A model generated the notes under the pieces. The model saw nothing but the letters and a program-made list of their open reading frames with translations, was not told the origin of the DNA and made no database searches. The position numbers and the translations under genes were made by a program. A stretch of 64,000 nucleotides of DNA from the NCBI GenBank assembly GCA_963845085.1, contig CAWJQI010000004.1:32001-96000 (forward strand). Reading direction: 5' to 3'. The stretch comes from Candidatus Fermentibacterota bacterium. Lineage in GTDB: Bacteria; Fermentibacterota; Fermentibacteria; Fermentibacterales; JCC-6. Below are positions 18,716 through 28,223 of this stretch, piece after piece. Position 1 is the first letter of the stretch, and each line of letters starts with the position of its first letter.

Positions 18716-19491
18716 GTTCCCAGAACAGGCGAGGCTATGAGCATGAGCAGGCTGAACACCTGGTTGTCGGTTATGCCTGATCGTCCTGCAAAGGCGCTGT
18801 AGCCCAATAGATCGATCGGAAGGTGGTCGAAGTGCCGAAACTCCTCCAGCCCGAAGCGTGTTGCGCCGTACAGCCCGAGGAACAGGCAGAAGATGAAGCC
18901 CGGGAAATGGCGGCGTCTGTCGGCGAGCAGAAGAGCGGCGAACATGAACAGGCCCGCTGCCGACGCGTAAAGCTGGGCAGGGTGGATGGGTATCGAACCG
19001 TATGACTCCCATGGCAGCGAGCCGGGGGGGAAGCAGACTCCCAGTGCACTGTGCGTGGGCGAGCCGAAACAGCATCCATTGAGGAAACACCCGATGCGGG
19101 TGATGAATATTCCGAGCGGAAACGCCGGAATGACTGCATCGGCGAGTTCCCATGTCGGCCAGTGCCTGCGGGCGATGTAGGTGAACCCGGTAATGACTGC
19201 GAGGATCACTCCGCCAAGCATGCTGAGGCCGTAAAGACCGTTCCAGAAGGCGATGATTTGTATCGGAGAGCTTGCGAACTCCCCGAGATGGGTGACCACG
19301 TAGAGCGCCCTCGACCCGACAACGGCGGCGAGCATGATCCAGACACCCATTGATGTGATGTCATCGGAGGGTATGCCCCTTCGGGCGCTCCGCCTGGCGG
19401 CGAGTTTCACCCCGAGCAGAAACGACAGTGCCAGGGCAAGCCCGTAGGAATTCAGCGGCACGCTGCCTATCCTCAAGAGAACGGGATGCAT
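18682..19491 (-). CDS. lgt: Prolipoprotein diacylglyceryl transferase
   Basis: MHPVL...SYG, GSRALYV, RIGCFLNGCCFG, HPAQLY and RFGLEEFR motifs. Confidence 0.93.
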   Translation of the reverse strand: MHPVLLRIGSVPLNSYGLALALSFLLGVKLAARRSARRGIPSDDITSMGVWIMLAAVVGSRALYVVTHLGEFASSPIQIIAFWNGLYGLSMLGGVILAVITGFTYIARRHWPTWELADAVIPAFPLGIFITRIGCFLNGCCFGSPTHSALGVCFPPGSLPWESYGSIPIHPAQLYASAAGLFMFAALLLADRRRHFPGFIFCLFLGLYGATRFGLEEFRHFDHLPIDLLGYSAFAGRSGITDNQVFSLLMLIASPVLGTWLYHRQRRRS

Positions 19492-19750
19492 GTTTCCCTC
19501 CTTTTCCAAGAGTGGAATCTAACAGCTGCCGGCCTCCCCCTACCAGCTTCACTGATCAGGATCAACGACACACCTTTTACTGATTAGATAAAGTTCTTAA
19601 ATTTATGTTCTGATTGCGGACGGCTGCGTTCACAAAGCCATCCCCTTTGCATAAAACCCGGTTCCTATATAGGTTATCAGTCAGATATGAATTCCTTCCC
19701 ATATGTGCACGGATTCGAACATAAAGCCACCCTGTGAACGGAGGTCCCGA

Positions 19751-20752
19751 ATGAAGCTTTTCGCGATCGCAGTCGCCCTGGTCGCAGCGGTCTCGCTGGC
19801 CGCACCGAGGGTCGTACTTTTTGAAGAGTTCACATCCACTGGTTGAGGATACTGCGGAAGCAGCTGGTCAGCTGTTAAAGCCCTCGTAAACACTTATGTC
19901 GCGAATGATCAGATAGCCCCTCAGATCCTCTTCTTCAACGGTCCCGCATCAGGTGCCTACAGCTCCGCAAGAATCGCTTTCTACGGGGTCGGAGCAACAC
20001 CCACATTCAAGATCGACGGCCTTCTTTCGCAGGCCGGCTGGAGCCAGGCCGTCGTCCAGAACCACATCAACAACAGGCTCAACGTCCCGGCCCATGTTTC
20101 CTTTGACATCAACTTCGTCGGCAACGCATCCGGGGGAACCGCGTACTACAGCATCACAGCGGAAGAGGATCCGGGCGTCGGCAACCTGAAGGTCTGGTCG
20201 GCCGTTGTTGAAAGCCATGACATCGCCTACAGCGCTTACGGTGTCTACAACGGTCAGGAGCTCATGTGGGAACCCAGGGCATGGCCCCTGGGAAGCACCG
20301 GCACCGTGATCAACTTCACCGGCCCCTTCCCGCAGACGGTGTACGCCATGGGTTCCTACACCCTCGATCCCTCAGTGCACAGCTTCGAAAACCTTGAAGT
20401 TGTCACATACGTTCAGGCGGGCACGGGGACCAAAGAGGTTCTCAACGCCAGCTTCATCGACCTTCCGGACACGGCCACCGGCACATACGAGGGCTCCTTC
20501 ACGCCCGTTGACGGAAATGCGCTTCTCTTCGCGGGGCCTAACCCCTGCGACGGTCAGTTCACCGTAACCTCCGCCCTGCCCCAGGGGCAGACCGGAACCG
20601 TTTCGGTTTATGACCTCGGCGGAAGAATGGTTCAGAGCTTCGCCGCCGGCTGCTCGGTCAACGCGGTCATCGAGGAAACGGGTTTGTACTTCGTGCGCCT
20701 TGTGACCAGCACCGGTCTGGTCGAGAACAGGCAGATCGCTGTCGTAAGGTAG
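19751..20752 (+). CDS. Secreted Omp28-related thioredoxin-fold protein with in-frame TGA at codon 32 (probable selenocysteine, UxxC) and T9SS-type CTD; 333 aa
   Basis: GGAGG RBS, ATG 19751, signal peptide MKLFAIAVALVAAVSLA, then RVVLFEEFTSTG-TGA-GYC. The frame stays open through YGVGATPTFKIDG into the track ORF 20264..20752 (GPNP...YDLGGR...GLYFVRL...IAVVR). Confidence 0.8.
19859..19876 (+). promoter_or_regulatory. Putative bacterial SECIS hairpin
   Basis: AGCAGCT-GGTC-AGCTGTT: 7-bp stem (one G-U pair) with a G-initiated loop beginning 20 nt after the TGA at 19844-19846. Confidence 0.6.
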
Positions 20753-20768
20753 TTTCGGAAAACCTGTC

Positions 20769-20792
20769 GGGGGGCGCATGACTGCGCCCCCC
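20769..20792. terminator. GC-rich hairpin between convergent transcription units
   Basis: GGGGGGCGCA-TGAC-TGCGCCCCCC perfect 10-bp stem. Confidence 0.7.
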
Positions 20793-20808
20793 TTCGCTTA
20801 AAGAGTTT

Positions 20809-20855
20809 GACGGCTTGCCGGCCCACGAGCTGTCAGGATAATCGGGGCCACTTCT
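20809..20855 (-). ncRNA. Acido-Lenti-1-like structured RNA
   Basis: Minus strand reads AAGTGGCCCCGATTATCCTGACAGCTCGTGGGCCGGCAAGCCGTC: a GGCCC-CGA/TCG-T-GGGCC stem around TTATCCTGACAGC, plus a CGGC-AA-GCCG element. It matches my recollection of the motif consensus; no covariance search was run. Confidence 0.6.
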
Positions 20856-20898
20856 GTTAGTGAATCACAGTGCCATTCCGGTCCGGAACGCGCCCCCG

Positions 20899-22089
20899 CT
20901 ACCAGCTTCTCCAGTTGCGGGCTGCGTTCAATGCCAGCCCGACCATGAACATCTCCGTGACAATGTGGCTTCCGCCGTAAGTCATCAGCGGCAGGGGAAG
21001 GCCGGTCACGGGCATGATGCCCACGGCCATCCCGATGTTCACGAATACATGGATCAGGAAGTAGACCGCCACACCCGCCGCGAGGATGGAGTTGAACGGG
21101 TTGATGGAGCGCCTGGCGGCAAGAAGTATCCGCCATATCAGAAGGACGAACAGGCTGAGAAGGATGATCGATCCGAGGAAGCCGAACTCCTCGGCGTAAA
21201 CGCTGAAAATGAAGTCGGTGTGCCGGGCGGGCAGATAGGCGAGCATTTTCTGTGTTCCGTGAAGAAATCCCTGGCCATAGAAACGCCCGGCACCCACCGC
21301 AACCTGCGACTGGATGATGTTCCATCCTGCGCCCTGGGGATCGCGGCCCGGGTCGAGGAAGGTGGTCAGCCTGGCTTTCTGGTACGGCATCAGAAGGTTC
21401 CATGCAAGGGGCGTCAGCGCGGCCACGGCCGTGTTGGAGATCGTGAGAAGGGCCCATTTCCAGCCGGGTGCCCTGTCCCGGTAGAGCACGGCGCAGAGCA
21501 GGAGGGTGAAGAGCAGCCACCACGCAAGGCCGATTGATGAGGCGGCCGCCAGGATCGGGCTCACGAAGAGGAAGATCCATCGGAAGCCGAAACCTGCCCA
21601 GTAGACCATGCCGAGCACAGTGAGCCCCATGGCGACTCCCGTTCCAAGGTCGGGCTGCAGAACGGTGAGTCCCACCAGAAGGCCGACTCCGCCGATAAAG
21701 ATGGGGCCGCTCCACCTGACCGCCCCGCTTTTCAGCGTGGGCAGCCATCTCGCTGAGATGATGATGAGTGCGGTCTTGGCGAACTCGGAAGCCTGGAGGT
21801 TCATGGGGCCGATGATCAACCAGCGCCCTGCGGGACCGCGGCCGAAAAAGATTGTCAGAATGAGCAGGAGGGCCACCGGAGGGTACACGAAGGGTGACAG
21901 CTCCTCAACCGCCCTCAGGGGGAATTTGTAGGCGATCAGAAGTGCAATGACACCGACAGCAACAACAGCCAGCTGCCTGTAGAAAAGCTCGCCTCCGGAA
22001 GTGGCCGAGTACACGGAAAGAAGGCCGATGCAGAGCAATCCGGAGAGCGACCCGATGAGTATGAGGTCCGGCCTGTCACCAGCGCGCAT
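20899..22089 (-). CDS. rodA: Rod shape-determining protein RodA (SEDS family)
   Basis: LQASEFAK, LQPDLGT, HTDFIFSVYAEEFG and PVTGLPLPLMTYGGS motifs; start moved to ATG 22089. Confidence 0.95.
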   Translation of the reverse strand: MRAGDRPDLILIGSLSGLLCIGLLSVYSATSGGELFYRQLAVVAVGVIALLIAYKFPLRAVEELSPFVYPPVALLLILTIFFGRGPAGRWLIIGPMNLQASEFAKTALIIISARWLPTLKSGAVRWSGPIFIGGVGLLVGLTVLQPDLGTGVAMGLTVLGMVYWAGFGFRWIFLFVSPILAAASSIGLAWWLLFTLLLCAVLYRDRAPGWKWALLTISNTAVAALTPLAWNLLMPYQKARLTTFLDPGRDPQGAGWNIIQSQVAVGAGRFYGQGFLHGTQKMLAYLPARHTDFIFSVYAEEFGFLGSIILLSLFVLLIWRILLAARRSINPFNSILAAGVAVYFLIHVFVNIGMAVGIMPVTGLPLPLMTYGGSHIVTEMFMVGLALNAARNWRSW

Positions 22090-23809
22090 CGGGGTACATC
22101 CTCTCGAGAGTTCTCTCGATGATTGCCAGGGCGAGGGGGCCCGCCACAGCGCCGCCGGACCCGCCGTGTTCGACGAAAACGGCGTAAGAGATGGGGGCTG
22201 GTTGTGGCAGATAACCGCATACCCAGGCATGGTCGCTTCCGGCATGGGCTTCCGCCGTGCCGCTTTTTGCCCTAATCGGAATGGGGCTTTCTCCCATCGG
22301 GCCGTGAAGTGTTCCGTTGCGCCTCGTCACCGCTGATCTCAATCCCCTGTCTATCTCATCGAAGGTCTCCGGGGCGACAAGAGGGGTGAGTTTCACTCCG
22401 CAAGGCTCATCCCCCAGGATGAGGGAAAGCCGTGGCATTTCACCCCGTGCGGCAACGAGCCCCGAAACAACGGCCATCTGGAGTGGTGAGGCAAGAAGCT
22501 CGCCCTGGCCGATCGAAAGGTTCAGAAGGTTTCCCTGCCCCCAGCCCCCGGCTCCGTACAGGTCGTTCATGTACTCCCTGTCGGGCACTACGCCCGCAGC
22601 CTCTCCGGGAAGAAGGTTGGTGAGCCGGGCGCCCAATCCCATCGAGCGGGCGATCACTGCAAGGTCGTCCATGTTCCCGTTCTCGGCCGCCCTGTAGAAG
22701 TAGCTGTCGCAGGAAACGGTCAGTGCCTCCTCCAGATTCAGCCTTCCGTGCACGCCCCAGCAGCGAAAAACGTTTCCGCCGTAGCTCACGGAACCGTAGC
22801 AGGGGTCGGGCATCGAACCGGGGGTAACGATCCCCTCTTCAAGGAGCCACGCGGTGGTTACTATCTTGAAGGTCGAGGCGGGGGGATAGGCGGTGCTCCA
22901 GGCCCTGTTCAGCAGGGGTTTCAGCGGGTTGTTCAGAATGGCGTTCCAGTCTTCGGCGGCGATGCCTCCGATAAACAGGTTCGGATCGAAGCCCGGAACC
23001 GACGAAAGGCAAAGTATCTCACCCGTGGACCAGTCCAGGATCACTGCTGCCCCGGAACTCCCAGTGGCGAAGAGAACACTGTCTGCATACACCTGAAGGG
23101 CGGCGTCTATCGTGAGCGAGATGTCCTCGCCTGGAACAGGGGTGCTCTCGGGAGAGTCACCGAACGTGTCGACAACCCTTCCGTAGGCGTCTACGACCTC
23201 ACGGATGAACCCGGGCGATCCGGCGAGCCTGTCGTTGAGTATTCGCTCGAGCCCTGTGACGCCGGTCAGCTCGCCCTGATAGCGGGCGTTGCTGTCAGCC
23301 AGACTGACATACCCCATCAGGTGACAGAACGTGTTCCCAAGCCTGTACCTTCTTCTCGGGGACACCGAAACAATGACGCCGGGCAGCCTGTAGGAGTTGT
23401 CGGCCACCGGGGCGACGCTTTCAAGATCAAGGTCCTCCCTGACAACAATCGCCCGATATGGCGACTGGGCTGCGGCTTCGAGCCTTTCCGCAAGGGCTTC
23501 GTCGGTCATGGAAAGAAGGTCGGCGAGCACCTTCGTATTGGCAACGTCGAACTCGGAATGGATGACGGACACAGCGAAGGCCGGTTCATTGTCTGCAATG
23601 ACCTCGCCGAACCTGTCCGTCACTATTCCCCTGGGAGCCGGAACGGCCACATTCCTTATCCTGTTGCGCGCAGCGAGCTCGCTGTAGTACTGGCCCTTCG
23701 CAAGCTGCAGATAGACCAGTCTGACCGTGAGCACGAGAAACAGCCCGAGCACGATGAAGATCATGCTCCTCATTGGCCAGTCCCTGCCCTGGTGGGGCTT
23801 GCCGCTCAT
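22076..23809 (-). CDS. mrdA: Penicillin-binding protein 2
   Basis: APRG..DR, SxxK (STFK), SCD and KSGTAE motifs; lies in the mre operon. Confidence 0.95.
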   Translation of the reverse strand: MSGKPHQGRDWPMRSMIFIVLGLFLVLTVRLVYLQLAKGQYYSELAARNRIRNVAVPAPRGIVTDRFGEVIADNEPAFAVSVIHSEFDVANTKVLADLLSMTDEALAERLEAAAQSPYRAIVVREDLDLESVAPVADNSYRLPGVIVSVSPRRRYRLGNTFCHLMGYVSLADSNARYQGELTGVTGLERILNDRLAGSPGFIREVVDAYGRVVDTFGDSPESTPVPGEDISLTIDAALQVYADSVLFATGSSGAAVILDWSTGEILCLSSVPGFDPNLFIGGIAAEDWNAILNNPLKPLLNRAWSTAYPPASTFKIVTTAWLLEEGIVTPGSMPDPCYGSVSYGGNVFRCWGVHGRLNLEEALTVSCDSYFYRAAENGNMDDLAVIARSMGLGARLTNLLPGEAAGVVPDREYMNDLYGAGGWGQGNLLNLSIGQGELLASPLQMAVVSGLVAARGEMPRLSLILGDEPCGVKLTPLVAPETFDEIDRGLRSAVTRRNGTLHGPMGESPIPIRAKSGTAEAHAGSDHAWVCGYLPQPAPISYAVFVEHGGSGGAVAGPLALAIIERTLERMYPDARW

Positions 23810-24285
23810 GCAGCCCTGCTCCGGACGTGGAAGAATACCGTCTGGATGACCGCGAGGAGCAACAGGGGCGCGATGATCCTTGGAAACAGGTAAAGAACCC
23901 TCACTCCGAAATAGGCTCCCGGAGGCCTTGAAGCGAGGAGAACGAAAATCAGGTCGCTGAAAATCGATGAGAGGGCCGCATGCGAGTAGAAGGATATCCC
24001 TCCGGCAGCCGTGGTGGTGCTGAGCAGGCTTCGGGCGGCAAGAATTCCAAGGATGAGCGCAAGGGAGGATATGCCGGGCGGCTGGTGGGTCAGCAGATCA
24101 AGGCACAGGCCGGTGAAGAACGCGCCCTCCACACCCCAGCCACGGTCCCGGTTAAGGCTGAGGTAGACAAGAAGCGGAACCAGGATGTTCGGCGCTGCGA
24201 GCACCCGTCCAAGGGTTACTTCCAAAAGGAACTGAGCAACCACTGTCACTGTGACGGCAATGGCGTCCCAGAGAGAGACTCTCAT
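23806..24285 (-). CDS. mreD: Rod shape-determining protein MreD
   Basis: Small hydrophobic protein with F.TGLCLDLL motif, between mreC and mrdA. Confidence 0.8.
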   Translation of the reverse strand: MRVSLWDAIAVTVTVVAQFLLEVTLGRVLAAPNILVPLLVYLSLNRDRGWGVEGAFFTGLCLDLLTHQPPGISSLALILGILAARSLLSTTTAAGGISFYSHAALSSIFSDLIFVLLASRPPGAYFGVRVLYLFPRIIAPLLLLAVIQTVFFHVRSRAA

Positions 24286-25031
24286 TCCGCACCGTTGCTG
24301 TAGGGAAGAAGGATGAGAACCTCGCCCAGCCTCCTGAAATCCACTGCAGGATCGATGCCGAGTGATATGTCGAGCCCGCCGGGCTCCTCCTCGAGTGAGA
24401 TCACCGTGCCGATCACTATGCCGTCGGGGTAGACGCCGCCGAACCTGCTGGTGAGCACCTGTTCGCCGACCTTCGGGGGTACTGCGAGGTCAACATGACT
24501 CATGCGAAGCCTGCCATCGGCATTGGCCGAGACAAGCCCCATGGCGCCCGATTCCGCGCAGACGGCACTCACCAGAACCCCCGGAAGTGTCACGGGCAGA
24601 ACGGTGCAGGTCTCTTCATCAACAGCGTCAACCACTCCGACCAGCCCTGCGGCAGCGATGCATGCAGAGCCGGTGACCACGCTGTCACGTTCTCCGCGGT
24701 CGAGAACGAACCCACCGCCAACAAGGCCTTCCGTCCTGAAAAGCACCCTCGCTACCAGGGCCCTCGTCTCGGGCAGTCTTACGTATCCAAGCAGTTCCCT
24801 GTAAAGTGCGGTCTTCATTGCGGCTTCCCTCAGCCTGGCGTTCTCGAGCATGAGTTCAAGGACCAGGGTGCGGGTGTAGTAGCCGTCCTCCCGGCCGGGG
24901 TCCTTGAAGAACAGCCCGGCGAACATCGCTCCGAGCCTGCTTCCGATCCCGTAGATGAGGGCGGGACCCAGAATGATCAGAATGACTGAAAGAAGGATGT
25001 ATGCCGGCAGTTTTCTGCGGGAGCGGTCCAT
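24282..25031 (-). CDS. mreC: Rod shape-determining protein MreC
   Basis: TM anchor, ENARLR coiled coil, GLVG, VLTS..GGVYPDGIVIG and PAVDF motifs. Confidence 0.88.
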   Translation of the reverse strand: MDRSRRKLPAYILLSVILIILGPALIYGIGSRLGAMFAGLFFKDPGREDGYYTRTLVLELMLENARLREAAMKTALYRELLGYVRLPETRALVARVLFRTEGLVGGGFVLDRGERDSVVTGSACIAAAGLVGVVDAVDEETCTVLPVTLPGVLVSAVCAESGAMGLVSANADGRLRMSHVDLAVPPKVGEQVLTSRFGGVYPDGIVIGTVISLEEEPGGLDISLGIDPAVDFRRLGEVLILLPYSNGAE

Positions 25032-25032
25032 A

Positions 25033-26082
25033 TCAATCCAGAAGGAGTTTCCTGTAGCGGAACAGGTCCCCAAGAATGATGCCGGCACCGAGAACCGTGC
25101 ACGCCAGTGGATTGTCGGCGATCCTTATGGGAAGGCCCGTCTCGCCCTCCAGCAGCGTATCGATGCCCCGGAGAAGCGCACCACCCCCCGTGAGAACTAT
25201 CCCGCGGTCGACTATGTCGCGTGCGAGTTCTGCAGGGGTCTTTTCAAGCGCCTGGTGAACCGCTTCGACGATCTGTCCGACGGGAACCCTGAGCGCCTCG
25301 AGAATATCCTGTGATCGAACCCTGTAGGTTCTGGGAACCCCGTTGATGAGATCGAGCCCGCTCACCTCCATATCGTCGGACCTGCCTTCCGTTACCGCTC
25401 CAAGCGTGATCTTCACCGTCTCCGCGGTACGTTCGCCGACGAGCAGGCTGAAATGCTTCTTGAGATATCCCTGGATCGCCTCGTTCATCTCATCGCCGCC
25501 AACCCGGATCGAGTTCTCCGCGGCGATCGAATTGAGGCTGATCACAGCTATTTCAGTTGTTCCGCCACCAATGTCTACCACCATGTTCCCGGGCGCGCCC
25601 TCGACCGGCAACCCGACCCCGAGTGCAGAGGCCAGGGGCTCGGGCACCATCAGGACCTCCCTTGCGCCGGCCCTCTCGAGGGAGTTCCTTACGGCTGTCT
25701 TTTCCACCTCGGTTATCCCGCTCGGGACGCAGACAAGAACCCTCGGCCTCATTGAGAACCTTCGGGTCTGGCTTCTCGCAAAAAATTCTCTGAGCATGGC
25801 GAGTGTAGCGGTTGCGTTCGTGATCACGCCGTCCTTCAGTGGTCTTATCACTGTGAGGTCCCTGTTGGTCCTGCCCAGCATGATCTTGGCATCGTTCCCG
25901 ACGGCAACGACAGCGCCGCTGTCGTTCTCGACAGCGATAACGCTGGGTTCCTCAAGCACGATACCCCTGTTCTCCACGAAAACGAGGGTATTGGCTGTCC
26001 CCAGGTCAATTGCCATGGAGGAGGAAAGGATGCCACCGCCCTCGCTGCCGGTAAACCGACGGAATATGCCTCTCAGATCCAT
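25033..26082 (-). CDS. mreB: Rod shape-determining protein MreB
   Basis: IDLGTANTL, RPLKDGVI, VVDIGGGTTE and LTGGGALL motifs. Confidence 0.97.
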   Translation of the reverse strand: MDLRGIFRRFTGSEGGGILSSSMAIDLGTANTLVFVENRGIVLEEPSVIAVENDSGAVVAVGNDAKIMLGRTNRDLTVIRPLKDGVITNATATLAMLREFFARSQTRRFSMRPRVLVCVPSGITEVEKTAVRNSLERAGAREVLMVPEPLASALGVGLPVEGAPGNMVVDIGGGTTEIAVISLNSIAAENSIRVGGDEMNEAIQGYLKKHFSLLVGERTAETVKITLGAVTEGRSDDMEVSGLDLINGVPRTYRVRSQDILEALRVPVGQIVEAVHQALEKTPAELARDIVDRGIVLTGGGALLRGIDTLLEGETGLPIRIADNPLACTVLGAGIILGDLFRYRKLLLD

Positions 26083-26212
26083 GAGTTACCGCAACCCCCT
26101 TAGGAACGTTCCGATGCTTCTCCATCACGGACAGCAACATATAACACATCAGCAGAAACAAGGGTACCCTTGGCGGGTACGAACACTGTTTCCTTGTTAA
26201 CCGGGGTGTGAG

Positions 26213-26977
26213 TTAACGGATGGGCGGCTCAGGAGTAAGACGCCATGGCGCGTGCGGTTCGAGCGTGTCAACAGGTACGGGGATGCGAAGCATCCAGATC
26301 TCTTCCCAGGGCTCGGTGGACACATCAATGGTTGACAATGTAAACTCTGTTGTGCCTGAGGCAGTTACAACACTCCAGCCACCCGGCCAGGCCTCGTATT
26401 CGTCATGCCATGATGACCGGGTCACACACGCTTCCATGTCACCGAGGGCAAGCCTTGACGGAAAAAGACCGCCCGAATACTCAATGACCGCCGTGTCGCC
26501 GGCGGCTTCGAATCGCCAGCCATTCCCGTCGAAAAGTTCCACCATTACCCAGTGCTCGGGCTGGACGGGAAAACCGGTTCTGATAAGGGACAGAATTGAA
26601 AGGACAGGGAGAACTCCCCTGCCGGCTCTCAGACCGCCCGGCTGGAAGAATGCTGAGCCATCGCCGGGGAAATAGCAGAGAAAGCCGAGCGAATCGCACA
26701 GGAAGCTGGCCACCGGTCTTCCGTCCGGACCGTACATGTCACCCCTCAGACGGGGTGGGAACCGGGTTCCCCAGACAACGAAGGGACCTTCGGCGACAAG
26801 GCTTTCACCTGCGGCTCGGGCGCGTCCCCTCAACTGAAAGTGATCGAGATTCTCCCAGCAGAACGATGCCCTCGCCGCGTATCTGGATGAGGAATCAAGG
26901 CCGGAGCCGTCACGGACGCCGCATCCTGCCGAAATGATCGCGGCCAGCAGGGCGGGGACCAAAAGCCTTCGGGCCAT
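26213..26977 (-). CDS. Hypothetical lipoprotein
   Basis: Lipobox IISAGC; coupled to the upstream gene by a TGATG overlap. Confidence 0.65.
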   Translation of the reverse strand: MARRLLVPALLAAIISAGCGVRDGSGLDSSSRYAARASFCWENLDHFQLRGRARAAGESLVAEGPFVVWGTRFPPRLRGDMYGPDGRPVASFLCDSLGFLCYFPGDGSAFFQPGGLRAGRGVLPVLSILSLIRTGFPVQPEHWVMVELFDGNGWRFEAAGDTAVIEYSGGLFPSRLALGDMEACVTRSSWHDEYEAWPGGWSVVTASGTTEFTLSTIDVSTEPWEEIWMLRIPVPVDTLEPHAPWRLTPEPPIR

Positions 26978-27183
26978 CAGGATCCGTACTGCTTCTCCAG
27001 TGCGGCGATCCGCTGGTCGAGTTCGATCTCGGCGACAAGCTTATGCCGTCTCTTTTCGAGAGATTCAGCCTTGTCCGGGGGTACCTTCTTTAACAGGCTG
27101 TCGATCATCCCGACCGCCCTTCTCCTGTCCCCAGCCTTGGCGGTCTCGTCGATTGTCTTCACAAGGTCACTGAGCTTCGCCAT
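26977..27183 (-). CDS. Small helical hypothetical protein (68 aa)
   Basis: AAGGGAG RBS; charged helical sequence; fits the operon spacing. Confidence 0.65.
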   Translation of the reverse strand: MAKLSDLVKTIDETAKAGDRRRAVGMIDSLLKKVPPDKAESLEKRRHKLVAEIELDQRIAALEKQYGS

Positions 27184-27198
27184 TTCGGAACACTCCCT

Positions 27199-28065
27199 TC
27201 ACCTGTTTGCACACGCTGCGAGAAAGACGGCAACCTGTTCGGAATCGACCTTGAAACCGCCCTTCGCAGACGGAAAGACATCCCTTTTGTCAACGCCGTG
27301 GAAATCGCTGCCACCTGTGACCATCAGTCCAAATTCATCTGCGGTGCGCAGCAGAAAGTTGGTCTTTGCAGCATCATGGCTCGGATAGTAGGCTTCGAGA
27401 CCCATGATGCCGGCATCGGCCAGCGACGCGACAAGTGCCCGCAACTCGGTCTCACCCCTCCCTTCGATCAGCCAGGGGTGGGCAAGAACCGGAATTCCGC
27501 CGTTCTCCCTGATAAGGTCAAGTGCCCTGTAGTCGCCAAGCCTCTCGCGGGCAACATAGGCGGGCGCACCGCTTCCGAGGTATTCGCGGAACGCCTGCTC
27601 CGTGCTGCCGACTACGCCCTTTCTCACCATTACGGTGGCAATGTGAAGCCTTCCCGTAACTCCCCCGCCGGACAGCTCCAGAACCTCGCCAATCGTGACA
27701 GGGACACCAAGGTCGTTTAGACGCCGGGTTATGCGCTCATTCCTCGAATCCCTCGAGAGGCGCACCGCTTCTAGAGCGGTTTCGACCGTTCCGCCATCCC
27801 AGGTTAGCGGGTCACGACCGGGAAAGTACCCGAGCATGTGGGCGGAACCGCCGCAGTGAAGGCCGACGCTGAGCTCGACAGCCGGAATGAGCATGAGCCC
27901 GGAACCGGCCGCCCTGCCGCCCGCCTCTGCCACACCGCCGAAAGTGTCGTGGTCGGCTATGGCGAGTGCCGAGAACCCGCTTTCGAGGGCTCTCTCCACC
28001 AGCCACGTCGGTGTCATCACCCCGTCGCTGCCGGTACTGTGGACATGAAGATCAACAGTGGCCAT
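27199..28065 (-). CDS. PHP domain phosphoesterase (TrpH/YciV-like)
   Basis: DLHVHSTGSDG, AIADHD, VLAHP and GGSDFHG motifs. Confidence 0.92.
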   Translation of the reverse strand: MATVDLHVHSTGSDGVMTPTWLVERALESGFSALAIADHDTFGGVAEAGGRAAGSGLMLIPAVELSVGLHCGGSAHMLGYFPGRDPLTWDGGTVETALEAVRLSRDSRNERITRRLNDLGVPVTIGEVLELSGGGVTGRLHIATVMVRKGVVGSTEQAFREYLGSGAPAYVARERLGDYRALDLIRENGGIPVLAHPWLIEGRGETELRALVASLADAGIMGLEAYYPSHDAAKTNFLLRTADEFGLMVTGGSDFHGVDKRDVFPSAKGGFKVDSEQVAVFLAACANR

Positions 28066-28223
28066 TTCGCCTTTCCGCAAGAATCGGAATATGCTCTGAG
28101 CCCGTTGATCGGGCAATGGAGAGCCCTCTGGTCACCTGGCTCAACAAGGGCTCGCCTTCGATGTATACTCTGCGTATCGTCGTGGATAAAGGGATCATCA
28201 CGTGTGGGCCGGGAGGAGCGGAA

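Noticed and set aside
19844..19846. Genome-wide reassignment of TGA to Trp or Gly as the explanation for the in-frame stop
   Set aside because: TGA terminates many genes here (e.g. dnaE, mreB, hydB), and the codon aligns with a Cys position rather than Trp/Gly.
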